64,000 nucleotides of DNA from Candidatus Multivorans sp. GTDB lineage: Bacteria > Acidobacteriota > Thermoanaerobaculia > Multivoradales > Multivoraceae. The translations under genes were made by a program, and so were the position numbers. The stretch spans positions 4,352,001-4,416,000 of the forward strand of contig OZ251997.1 of assembly GCA_965247095.1 (NCBI GenBank), written 5' to 3'. The notes below the pieces were generated by a model. That model did not search any database. It was not told the DNA's origin and saw only the letters and a list, made by a program, of their open reading frames with translations. Below, piece after piece: positions 1 to 8,314 of the stretch; the stretch's first letter is position 1; each line of letters starts with the position of its first letter.

Positions 1-1
1 T

Positions 2-148
2 CCGGAAGACGTCGCCGCCGACCTCTACGAGCTGTGCCGGGGCGAGCACGGCGGGCGCAGGACCGAAGGCGAGATCACCCTGTTCAAGTCCGTCGGCGCC
101 GCGCTCGAGGATCTCTTCGCGGCCTCCCTGCTGTGGGAACGAAGTTGA
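2..148 (+). CDS. Ornithine cyclodeaminase / mu-crystallin family protein, C-terminal fragment (runs in from the window edge)
   Basis: Frame 2 reads PEDVAADLYELCRGEHGGRRTEGEITLFKSVGAALEDLFAASLLWERS*. ITLFKSVGxALED is the typical C-terminal motif of the OCD family. Not in the ORF track. Confidence 0.8.
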   Translation, partial: PEDVAADLYELCRGEHGGRRTEGEITLFKSVGAALEDLFAASLLWERS

Positions 149-173
149 TTCAACCCGCTAGACTCCCGTGCCC

Positions 174-2354
174 ATGTTCTCCACACAAGCAAGGCCGCCT
201 CGAACCGCCGCAATCGCTTCCGCAGCCCTCCTCGCGGCCGCTCTCGCCGTGACAGCCTGCACGGCCCCCGCCGCCGGCCCGGGCGACCCGCCGATGGCTG
301 CGGCGCGGCCGCACGAACTCGATACCCACGGCGACGTCCGCGTCGACGAGTACTACTGGCTTCGGGAGCGGGAAGATCCCGAAGTCATCGCCTACCTCGA
401 GGCGGAGAACGAGTATCTCGACGGTGTCATGGCGCATACCGAAGAGCTGCAGGAAACCCTGTTCGAGGAGATCCGGGGCCGCATCGTGGAGGACGATTCG
501 TCGGTTCCCTACCGCGACGGCGACTACTGGTACTACACCCGCTACGAGGAGGGGAAGCAGTACCCGATCCACTGCCGCCGGCCGGCGGACGGCGACACCT
601 TCGGCGGCGCCGCTGATCCTGCGGCCGAGGAAGTCCTCGTCGACGTGAACGAGATCGCCGAGGGCAAGGAGTACACGTCCGTTCGTCCGGCGGTCAGCCC
701 GGACCACCGCATCCTGGCCTATGCCGTCGACGATGTGGGGCGGCGCTTCTACACCGTGCGCTTCAAGGATCTGGCGACGGGGGAGACGCTGCCGGACGAG
801 ATCCCCGACGTCACCGCGAACCTGGCCTGGGCCGCCGACAGTGCGACCCTGTTCTACGTCCGCCAGGATCCCGACACGCTGCGCTCCTACCAGGTGTTCC
901 GGCACCGGCTGGGCAAGGGCGCCGCCGACGACCTCGTCTACGAGGAGCCGGACGAGACCTTCAGCGTCTTCCTGCAGCGCAGCCAGTCGCGCAAGTACCT
1001 GATGGCGGTCTCGAACCACACCCTGCGCACCGAGGTGCGGACGCTGCGTGCCGACGATCCCGATGGCGACTTCGCGGTCTTCGAGCCGCGCGGCGAGCGG
1101 CACGAGTACAGCGTCGACCACCTGGGCGACCGCTTCTGGGTGCGCACGAACGACGAAGCGCCGAACTTCCGCCTCATGTCGACCGCGGAAGACACGACCG
1201 GCCGCGCCGCCTGGCGCGAGGAGACGCCGCATCGCGACGATGTGCTGCTCGAGGGCTTCGAGCTGTTCGATCGCTTCCTGGTGCTGGCCGAACGTCGCGG
1301 CGGCCTGAACCAACTGCGGATCGAAGAGGTGGGTGGCGGCGGCGTGGAGGGTCACGACCTGGACTTCGGCGAGCCGGCCTACTCCGCAGGGCTCGGCGTC
1401 AACCCCGATCCGTCGTCGGGAACGCTCCGCTACGTCTACCAGTCGCTGACCACGCCGCGGTCCGTGTTCGACTACGACCCGGCCACGCGGGAGAAGACCC
1501 TGCGCAAGCAGGATCAGGTGCTGGGCGGGTTCGACTCGGCGGACTACCGGACCGAGCGGCTCTGGGCGGTCGCCGCGGACGGCACGGAGGTGCCTGTGTC
1601 CGTCGTCTACCGGCCCGATCTGCGTCCGGCCGAGGGCGGCAGCCCCCTGCTCCTGTACGGCTACGGCGCCTACGGCGCCAGCATGGACGCAGGATTCAGT
1701 TCGCTGCGACTGAGCCTGCTCGACCGCGGCTTCGTCTACGCCATCGCCCACATCCGCGGTGGCGAGGAGATGGGGCGTTCCTGGTACGAGGACGGCAAGC
1801 TCCTGAACAAGAAGAACACCTTCACCGACTTCATCGCCGCGGCCGAGCATCTGACGGCCGAGGGTTACGCCGATCCCGACCGGATCTATGCGATGGGCGG
1901 CAGCGCCGGAGGGCTCCTGATGGGCGCCGTGTTCAACCTGCGGCCGGACCTGTGGGGCGGCATCGTGGCGCAGGTGCCGTTCGTCGATGTCGTGACCACG
2001 ATGCTCGACGCGAGCATTCCGCTGACGACCTTCGAATGGGATGAGTGGGGGGATCCCAGGGAGCGCGAGTACTACGACTACATGCTCTCCTATTCGCCCT
2101 ACGACAACGTGGAGGCGAAGGACTACCCGCACATGCTGGTGACCACGGGGCTGCACGATTCCCAGGTCCAGTACTGGGAACCGGCCAAGTGGGTGGCCCG
2201 GCTGCGCGCGAAGAAGACGGACGGCAATCTGCTGCTGCTGAAGACGAACATGAGCGCCGGCCACGGCGGCGCTTCCGGGCGGTTCGACCGCTACCGCGAG
2301 ACAGCTCTGGTGTACGCCTTCCTGCTCGACCGCGCCGGCGCCGGGGCGCCGTAG
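174..2354 (+). CDS. ptrB: Oligopeptidase B (peptidase S9A), probable lipoprotein
   Basis: DEYYWLR N-terminal motif, LLYGYGAYG, HIRGGEE, nucleophile GGSAGG, DSQVQYWEPAKW and AGHGG. Hydrophobic N-terminus ending VTAC (lipobox-like). ATG at 174, alternative GTG at 168. Confidence 0.93.
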   Translation: MFSTQARPPRTAAIASAALLAAALAVTACTAPAAGPGDPPMAAARPHELDTHGDVRVDEYYWLREREDPEVIAYLEAENEYLDGVMAHTEELQETLFEEIRGRIVEDDSSVPYRDGDYWYYTRYEEGKQYPIHCRRPADGDTFGGAADPAAEEVLVDVNEIAEGKEYTSVRPAVSPDHRILAYAVDDVGRRFYTVRFKDLATGETLPDEIPDVTANLAWAADSATLFYVRQDPDTLRSYQVFRHRLGKGAADDLVYEEPDETFSVFLQRSQSRKYLMAVSNHTLRTEVRTLRADDPDGDFAVFEPRGERHEYSVDHLGDRFWVRTNDEAPNFRLMSTAEDTTGRAAWREETPHRDDVLLEGFELFDRFLVLAERRGGLNQLRIEEVGGGGVEGHDLDFGEPAYSAGLGVNPDPSSGTLRYVYQSLTTPRSVFDYDPATREKTLRKQDQVLGGFDSADYRTERLWAVAADGTEVPVSVVYRPDLRPAEGGSPLLLYGYGAYGASMDAGFSSLRLSLLDRGFVYAIAHIRGGEEMGRSWYEDGKLLNKKNTFTDFIAAAEHLTAEGYADPDRIYAMGGSAGGLLMGAVFNLRPDLWGGIVAQVPFVDVVTTMLDASIPLTTFEWDEWGDPREREYYDYMLSYSPYDNVEAKDYPHMLVTTGLHDSQVQYWEPAKWVARLRAKKTDGNLLLLKTNMSAGHGGASGRFDRYRETALVYAFLLDRAGAGAP

Positions 2355-2384
2355 AGCGGCGGGAACCGGGGAGCGGCGGGAACC
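2354..2384 (+). repeat. Short direct repeat GAGCGGCGGGAACC x2 (17-bp period) immediately after the ptrB stop
   Basis: Copies at 2354-2367 and 2371-2384. They resemble the GCGCGGYRGAAC end motif of the dispersed repeat family. Confidence 0.6.
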
Positions 2385-2394
2385 AGGAGAGAAC

Positions 2395-2733
2395 GTGGCG
2401 ATCGACTTCAGCGACCGGCGGGACAAGCTCAAGCGGCAGCAGGCCGGCAGCATGCGTTTTGTGCGCGTCGTGGTGCGGGTCGCGCTGCTGTTCGCGATCG
2501 CGGCGCTGGCCGTGCTCCAGGGCTTCTCGCCGGCCTCCTGGCTGTTGCTGGGCGTGCTCTTGACCTGGGGAGCGTCCCTGCCGTACCTGCTGCGGACCGT
2601 CTTGCGCTGGGCCCGGAGGCAGGAGCATCTCGAGCGCTGGCAGCGCACGACCCTGATCTGGACCGCGGCGCTGATCCTGATCGGCGGCTTCGCCGTTCTG
2701 GCCCGGTACGTGCTGCTCCCGTCGCCGGCCTAG
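2395..2733 (+). CDS. Small hypothetical membrane protein (about 3 TM helices)
   Basis: 112 aa with three hydrophobic stretches. AGGAGA precedes the GTG start. Confidence 0.7.
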   Translation: MAIDFSDRRDKLKRQQAGSMRFVRVVVRVALLFAIAALAVLQGFSPASWLLLGVLLTWGASLPYLLRTVLRWARRQEHLERWQRTTLIWTAALILIGGFAVLARYVLLPSPA

Positions 2734-2891
2734 GAGATTGCGCGGTAGAACGATCTGACCTGGGAACCCGTGTGGCGCGACCCGCGCCACACGCGAACCA
2801 CTCCGTGCGCCCGTCATCGGGCGCACGGATGGCACGCGGGCATCCTGCCCGCATCCGGCGCGAAGCGCCGGCCTCCGGTAGTTCTGCCGCG
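2734..2891 (+). repeat. Dispersed palindromic REP/MITE-like element, long form (copy A, four hairpins)
   Basis: CCTGGGAAC + 68-bp two-hairpin insert + GCGGGCATCCTGCCCGCATC + CCGGCGC-GAA-GCGCCGG. Near-terminal inverted repeat GCGCGGTAGAAC (2740-2751) / GTTCTGCCGCGC (2881-2892). Fills the gap between two convergent TAG stops. Confidence 0.85.
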
Positions 2892-4061
2892 CTAGTAGCT
2901 CTTCGGCAGGCCGAGGACCTTCTCCGCGATGTGACAGAGGATGAGCTGCGGGCTGATCGGGGCAAGGCGCGGGATCATGACCTCGCGCATCAGACGCTCG
3001 ACATGGAACTCCTTCGCGTAGCCCATGCCGCCATGGGTCATGACGGCTTGGGTGCAGGCCTTGAAGCCCGCCTCGGCGCCGAGGTACTTCGCGGCGTTCG
3101 CGTAGTGGCCGCAAGGCTCCTCGCGGTCGTAGAGCGAGGCTGCCTGCATTGCCATCAGAAACGCCGCCTCCAGCTCCATCCAACACTCCGCCAGAGGATG
3201 CTGGATCGACTGGTTCTGGCCGATCGGACGACCGAAGACTCGTCGGTTGCGGGCGTAGTCGGTGGCCCGTTCCAGGGCGTTGCGGCCCACGCCGACTGCC
3301 TCGATGCCGATCAGGATCCGCTCCGGGTTCAGGCTGTGAAGGATGTACTCGAAGCCGCGGCCCTCGTCGCCGATGCGGTCCTCGGCCGGTATCTCGAGCC
3401 CGTCGATGAACAGTTCGTTCGAGTCCACCGCGGCCCGGCCCATCTTGGGAATGCGCCGGATGTCGACCGTCGACCGGTCGAGCGTCGTGTAGAACAGCGA
3501 AAGGCCCTTCGTCGCCTTCCCGGTCTCGGCCCGCGGCGTGGTGCGCGCCAGGAGCATGACCCGGTCCGCCTCCTGGGCGGTCGTGGTCCAGATCTTGCGG
3601 CCGTGGGCGATGTAGCTGCCGTCGGGGCGGCGCTCGGCGCGGGTGGTGATCGCGGTTGTCTCGAGTCCGGCGTCGGGCTCGGTGACCGCGAAGCAGGTCT
3701 TTGCACGGCCCTCGATCAGTTCGGGCAGGAAGCGGCGGCGCTGCTCCTCGGTCCCGAAGACCACAATGGGGTGCGGTCCGAAGATGTTGATGTGGATCGC
3801 CGAGGCCGCGCTCATGCCGCCGCCCGCGCGCGCCACCTCGTGCATCACCAGGGCGGCTTCCGTGACCCCCAGGCCCGAACCGCCGTATTCCTCCGGCATG
3901 GCGATGCCGAGCGCGCCGCACTCGGCCATGGCCCGGTGGAACTCCTCCGGGAAGCGGACCTCGTTGTCGACCGCGAGCCAGTAGTCGTCGTCGAAGGCGG
4001 CGCAGGTGCGGGCAATCCCCTCACACAATGCGCGCTGCGGTCCGGTCAGTGTGAAGTCCAT
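2892..4061 (-). CDS. Acyl-CoA dehydrogenase
   Basis: PEEYGGSG, FAVTEPDAG, GRKIWTT, R-VFGRPIG-NQ and THGGMGYAKE motifs. Likely start MDFTL at 4061. Confidence 0.93.
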   Translation of the reverse strand: MDFTLTGPQRALCEGIARTCAAFDDDYWLAVDNEVRFPEEFHRAMAECGALGIAMPEEYGGSGLGVTEAALVMHEVARAGGGMSAASAIHINIFGPHPIVVFGTEEQRRRFLPELIEGRAKTCFAVTEPDAGLETTAITTRAERRPDGSYIAHGRKIWTTTAQEADRVMLLARTTPRAETGKATKGLSLFYTTLDRSTVDIRRIPKMGRAAVDSNELFIDGLEIPAEDRIGDEGRGFEYILHSLNPERILIGIEAVGVGRNALERATDYARNRRVFGRPIGQNQSIQHPLAECWMELEAAFLMAMQAASLYDREEPCGHYANAAKYLGAEAGFKACTQAVMTHGGMGYAKEFHVERLMREVMIPRLAPISPQLILCHIAEKVLGLPKSY

Positions 4062-4103
4062 CGGAACTGCGGAGGCTACAACGAGGCGCGTTCGCACCCA
4101 GTA

Positions 4104-4583
4104 TCAGTCGACCGGTAGCCCGGCCAGCAGCTCGGCGGCCGTCGTCCGGCGGCCAGGGTGCCAGGCGTTCGGGGCGATCTGACAGAGGGGTTCGAGGACG
4201 AAGCGGCGGCGGTGCATGCGGGGGTGCGGCACCACCAGACCGGGTCCGGCAATGACGGCGTCGCCGAACAGCAGCAGGTCGAGGTCGATCGTCCGTGGGC
4301 CGGCGGCGGATGCGGTCCGATCCCGGCCGAGGCCGGCCTCGATCTCAAGCAGTCCGTCGAGCAGGGTCCGGGCGTCGAGGCGGGTTTCGATCGCCGCCGC
4401 GGCATTGAGGAACTCCGGGTCGGTGGCCGCCACGCCGCTTTCCGGTACGGCTTGGGTGGCGTGGAATCCCGAGACCGCGGTCACGTCTCCGAGTGGTCGC
4501 AGGCGGTCGATCGCGGCGCCCAGATTCGCCCGTCGACTGCCCAGGTTCGAGCCGAGGGCGACGAAGGCGCGGGTCCGGATCAC
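4104..4583 (-). CDS. folK: 2-amino-4-hydroxy-6-hydroxymethyldihydropteridine diphosphokinase (HPPK)
   Basis: ALGSNLG, FLNAA, GPRTIDLDLL and PHPRMHRRRFVLEPL. GTG start at 4583 overlaps the folP stop (GTGA). Confidence 0.93.
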   Translation of the reverse strand: MIRTRAFVALGSNLGSRRANLGAAIDRLRPLGDVTAVSGFHATQAVPESGVAATDPEFLNAAAAIETRLDARTLLDGLLEIEAGLGRDRTASAAGPRTIDLDLLLFGDAVIAGPGLVVPHPRMHRRRFVLEPLCQIAPNAWHPGRRTTAAELLAGLPVD

Positions 4584-5836
4584 GGCCGCCAGTCGACTTC
4601 GGCGCCGACTTCCGCGGCGCCGATCTGGCGCGCGGCGCCGGGCTTCGTGACCCGTACCCGCAGCGATTCGATCCGGCGCCACAGCGTCGAACCGCCTGCC
4701 GCCCGAGGGGCTTCCCGGCCGACGATGGCGGCAATCCGCTCGGCCAGTGTTTCAACGAGTCGGTACTCGTCGCGTGCCGCGACCGTTTGCGCGATGGCGG
4801 CGAGCTCAGCGTAGTCCACCGTCTCGCCCAGGTCGTCGGGCGTTCTGCGTGCCCCGGCCGTCAGGGTCACTTCGATGTCGACCAGGAGTTCCTGCGGCGC
4901 GGCGCGCTCTTCCCGGGTGACGCCGATCCGGCTCCGGCAGACGATGCCGTGTGCAAGGACGCGGCGTTGCGGCGCAGATCGATTGCGCCGTCGTGGCGCC
5001 GATCGACTGCGGCGCCGCCTCAGGGCGCCGATGCTCTCCGCCAGTTGCCGGTGCGGCTCGACATCGTGTACCCGCAGCACGTCGGCAATGCCCAGTGCCG
5101 CCGCCCAGGCGTTGACCGCCAGCGTAGCGGTCAGTCGCTCCCCGACGCGTACGCCGCCGAGCAGCCGGTCGAGAAACGATTTGCGCGACACGCCGAGCAC
5201 CAGGGGCGCGCCGATCTGCTGCAACTCGTGCAGGTTCGCGAGCAGGTCGAGGTTTTGCTCGAGCGTCTTGCCGAACCCGATCCCCGGGTCGACGAGCACC
5301 TCGACTCCGAGGCGACGTCCGGCCGCGACCCGTTCGGCGAGGTAGTCGCGGATCTCCGCCACCACGTCGTCGTAGCGGGGCTTGCGCTGCATCGTGCGCG
5401 GCTCGCCCTGCATGTGCATGGCGATCACCGGAGCGCCGTGGCGGGCCGCGACCTCGAGCATCGCCTCGCCGGCGCCGGAGATGTCGTTGATCAGGTGGGC
5501 GCCGGCAGCGAGCGCCCGATCGGCGACCTTGGGCTTCGCGGTGTCGACGCTCAGGGGCACTCCGAGGTCGAGCCGGCCGACGCCCTCGATCACCGGCAGC
5601 AGCCGGGCGAGCTCCTCCGTCGATCCCACCGGATCGGCGCCGGGCCGGGTGCTTTCGGCGCCGATGTCGATCAGGTCGGCCCCTTCCGCCGCCATGCGCC
5701 GCGCGTGTTCGATCGCGGCCTCGGAAACGTCGAAGCGGCCGCCGTCCGAGAAGCTGTCCGGCGTCACGTTGAGAACCCCCATGACGAGGGGCCGATCGTC
5801 CAAGGTCAGGATGTGCGGGCCGCAGACGAGGTCCAT
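4580..5836 (-). CDS. folP: Dihydropteroate synthase fused to a C-terminal dihydroneopterin aldolase (FolP-FolB)
   Basis: MGVLNVTPDSFSDGG, DIGAESTRPG, DPGIGFGK, GVSRKSF and RVHDV, then in frame IGVxxEER, DLGETVDY, LVETLAERIA and VRVTKP (FolB motifs). Confidence 0.9.
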   Translation of the reverse strand: MDLVCGPHILTLDDRPLVMGVLNVTPDSFSDGGRFDVSEAAIEHARRMAAEGADLIDIGAESTRPGADPVGSTEELARLLPVIEGVGRLDLGVPLSVDTAKPKVADRALAAGAHLINDISGAGEAMLEVAARHGAPVIAMHMQGEPRTMQRKPRYDDVVAEIRDYLAERVAAGRRLGVEVLVDPGIGFGKTLEQNLDLLANLHELQQIGAPLVLGVSRKSFLDRLLGGVRVGERLTATLAVNAWAAALGIADVLRVHDVEPHRQLAESIGALRRRRSRSAPRRRNRSAPQRRVLAHGIVCRSRIGVTREERAAPQELLVDIEVTLTAGARRTPDDLGETVDYAELAAIAQTVAARDEYRLVETLAERIAAIVGREAPRAAGGSTLWRRIESLRVRVTKPGAARQIGAAEVGAEVDWRP

Positions 5837-6023
5837 GGGCGCAGTCTAAGTCTCTTCCAGCGTGGCCGCGCCAATGGACCTCGTCGGAGTTGTGCGTGAT
5901 GGCGCAGCGGAATTCCGTCTCAGTCATTGGATAGAGTCGTGGCCGCGCCATCGTGGCGCCGCCGGCTCTGAGGTCGTTCCCGACTTGGACTCTGGGCCCG
6001 GAGGTGTTTCGGTGGAGGATGGA

Positions 6024-6473
6024 ATGGAGATGATTCTGCAGACCGCTGGCGTTGTCGTGCCGTGCTTTGCGGCGCTTGGTGGGCTGTTCGCCTGGGGCGT
6101 GCGTCGGATTGACCGACGCTTCGAGGAGGCCCGGCAGGAACGGGCGCGGATCGAGGCGAAGTTCGATGCGCGGTGCGACGGGATCGAGGCGAAGTTCGAC
6201 GCGCGGTGCGACGAGATGGAGGCGAAGTTCGACGCGCGGTGCGACGAGATGGAGGCGAAGTTCGACGCGCGGTGCGACGAGATGGAGGCGAAGTTCGAGG
6301 AGCGTTGGTCTCGGCTGGAGGAGAAGATTGACCGGTTGGGAGACCGGCTGGAGGAGCGGAGCGACCGGGTGGCCGAACAACTCTCCGGCCAGATCACGGA
6401 GTTGAACCGCGAAGTCGGCAAGCTACAGGGAATCACTGGAGTGGCGCGGATCCTGGACATCGCCTCCCCTTAA
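6024..6473 (+). CDS. Small membrane-anchored coiled-coil protein with 11-aa tandem repeats
   Basis: GGAGG at 6014-6018 before ATG 6024. N-terminal hydrophobic helix followed by (EAKFDARCDEM)n. Confidence 0.75.
   Translation: MEMILQTAGVVVPCFAALGGLFAWGVRRIDRRFEEARQERARIEAKFDARCDGIEAKFDARCDEMEAKFDARCDEMEAKFDARCDEMEAKFEERWSRLEEKIDRLGDRLEERSDRVAEQLSGQITELNREVGKLQGITGVARILDIASP
6150..6298 (+). repeat. 33-bp coding tandem repeat, about 4.5 units (GAGGCGAAGTTCGACGCGCGGTGCGACGAGATG)
   Basis: Near-identical units are directly visible. Confidence 0.95.
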
Positions 6474-6535
6474 GGCGACGGGCGCTTCAAGATGACCTGC
6501 GAACCGTTTCCCGGCGGCCGTCGCGCGGTCACTGG

Positions 6536-8314
6536 ATGAGCCGGGACGCCGGCCGTACCTCGTCGGTCGCCCAGGTCGCGACGTTGGCGTGCGCCTTCGT
6601 CCTCCCTTGCGCCGCGGCCGCCGGCGAGGATTGCGGCTTCACGTTCACGGAAGTGGCGGCCGAGGCCGGTGTGCGCTTCGTCCACGAATCGGGCGCCAGC
6701 GGCGGCCTGCATCTGCCCGAGACGATGGGCGCGGGCGTCGCCTGGATCGACTATGACGGGGACGGCTGGCTTGATCTCTACCTGGTGCAGTCGGGGGCTT
6801 TCCCGCCGCAGGGCGGCGAGACGTCGGTGGACCGGCTGTTTCGTAACCTGGGGCCCGACGCTGGGGGGAAGATCCGGTTCGAGCCGGCCGATGCCGGCGG
6901 CCTTGCCCGTGGCTACGGTCAGGGAGTCGTTGCCGCCGATGTCGACGGAGACCGGGACCTCGACCTGCTGGTGTCGCACTACGGCCCCACGGTGCTTCTG
7001 CGAAACGGCGGAGACGGGTCGTTCGCCGCGGCGGAGACGCTGTTGGCAGCCCGGCCGGAGGGAGGGGCGGACGAGTTTCCCTGGGGTTCCTCGATGGCGC
7101 TGGCGGACGCGGACGGTGACGGCGACCTCGACCTCTACGTCTCCCGGTACCTCGACTACGACCCCGACCACGGCCTGGTCTGCCGGCGGGACGGTCCGGG
7201 CGCCGCGCCGGAGGTCTGCGACCCGTCGCTGTTCCGGGGCCAGCACGACCGCTACTACGTGAACCGGGGCGGCGGCGACTTCGAGGACGGGGCGGCGGAC
7301 GCCGGTCTCGACGGCGCCGACGGCAAGGGTCTCGGGGTGGTGTTCACCGACCTCGACGGGGACGGCCGGCCCGATCTCTACGTGGCCAACGATCTGACCC
7401 TGAACCTCCTGTTCCGCGGCCGGGGTGATGGCACGTTCGAGGATCAGTCCCTGGTCTCGGGCGCCGCAGTCAGTCGAAACGGCCGGCCCGAGGCGGGCAT
7501 GGGCTTGGCGGTGGCCGACTTCGATTCCGACGGCGACCCCGATCTCGCGGTGACCAACTTCGACGTGGAGACGAACACGCTCTATCGCAATGCCGGCGCC
7601 GGGTCCGGCCTTCTGTTCGAGGACACATCAGCCGTCTCCGGCTTCGGTCAGCCCTCCTTCAACCTGCTCGGCTTCGGGATCGTGGCCGAGGACTTCGACC
7701 GGGACGGCGCGCTGGACGTGTACGTCGCCAATGGCCACATCTTCACGACGCCGCGGCGCGACAACACGAGCTACCGGCAGCGAAACCTGCTGCTCCGCGG
7801 CAACGCCGCGGATACCCGGCAGAGCTTCACCGAGGCGCGCTGCGACTGGACGGATCGGGATCCGCTGGTCAGCCGTGGGGCCGCCGTCGCGGACTACGAC
7901 GGCGACGGCGACGGCGACCTAGCGGTGACCGCCAACGACGGTCCGGCGCGCCTCTGGCGCAACGACACGGGGCGCAACGACTCGGGGCGGGGCGACACGG
8001 CAGGGCCGGAAGGCGGAGGCTGGCTGGGGGTCGAGCTGCGCGGCGCCGGATCGAACACGCAGGCGGTGGGCGCCGCCGTGACGCTCGCCGGCGAGCCCGG
8101 GAAGCCGCCGGCTCGTCGCTGGGTGCTGCGCGGCGACAGCTACCAGTCGTCGAGCGGGCATCGGCTGCGCTGGGCTGTGGCGTCGTCCGACACGCGCGCG
8201 GCGGCCGGCGCCGGGGCCGTTCGCCGGCTCGACGTGCGCTGGCCCTCCGGCGCCCGCACCCGCATCGTCGATCCGCCGGCGGGCGTCTACCTGGTGGTCG
8301 GGGAACGGCGGTGA
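6536..8314 (+). CDS. CRTAC1-family protein (FG-GAP/VCBS repeats + C-terminal ASPIC/UnbV domain), secreted
   Basis: Signal peptide, FTEVAAEAGV, repeated DxDGDGxxDL motifs, EAGMG, SRGAAVAD, N-AVGA-V, SYQSS and VRWPSG. Confidence 0.88.
   Translation: MSRDAGRTSSVAQVATLACAFVLPCAAAAGEDCGFTFTEVAAEAGVRFVHESGASGGLHLPETMGAGVAWIDYDGDGWLDLYLVQSGAFPPQGGETSVDRLFRNLGPDAGGKIRFEPADAGGLARGYGQGVVAADVDGDRDLDLLVSHYGPTVLLRNGGDGSFAAAETLLAARPEGGADEFPWGSSMALADADGDGDLDLYVSRYLDYDPDHGLVCRRDGPGAAPEVCDPSLFRGQHDRYYVNRGGGDFEDGAADAGLDGADGKGLGVVFTDLDGDGRPDLYVANDLTLNLLFRGRGDGTFEDQSLVSGAAVSRNGRPEAGMGLAVADFDSDGDPDLAVTNFDVETNTLYRNAGAGSGLLFEDTSAVSGFGQPSFNLLGFGIVAEDFDRDGALDVYVANGHIFTTPRRDNTSYRQRNLLLRGNAADTRQSFTEARCDWTDRDPLVSRGAAVADYDGDGDGDLAVTANDGPARLWRNDTGRNDSGRGDTAGPEGGGWLGVELRGAGSNTQAVGAAVTLAGEPGKPPARRWVLRGDSYQSSSGHRLRWAVASSDTRAAAGAGAVRRLDVRWPSGARTRIVDPPAGVYLVVGERR

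Noticed and set aside
150-2648. Long antisense and alternative-frame ORFs (150..2648, 8287..11202, 19893..22568, 36219..38150, 52025..53539, 61653..63251 and others)
   Set aside because: These are shadows of real genes caused by high-GC codon bias. They are Arg/Pro/Ala-rich or antisense-patterned, carry no family motifs and overlap well-supported CDSs.
6150-6298. 33-bp repeats as a CRISPR array
   Set aside because: The units are contiguous with no spacers, are in-frame coding, and there are no cas genes.
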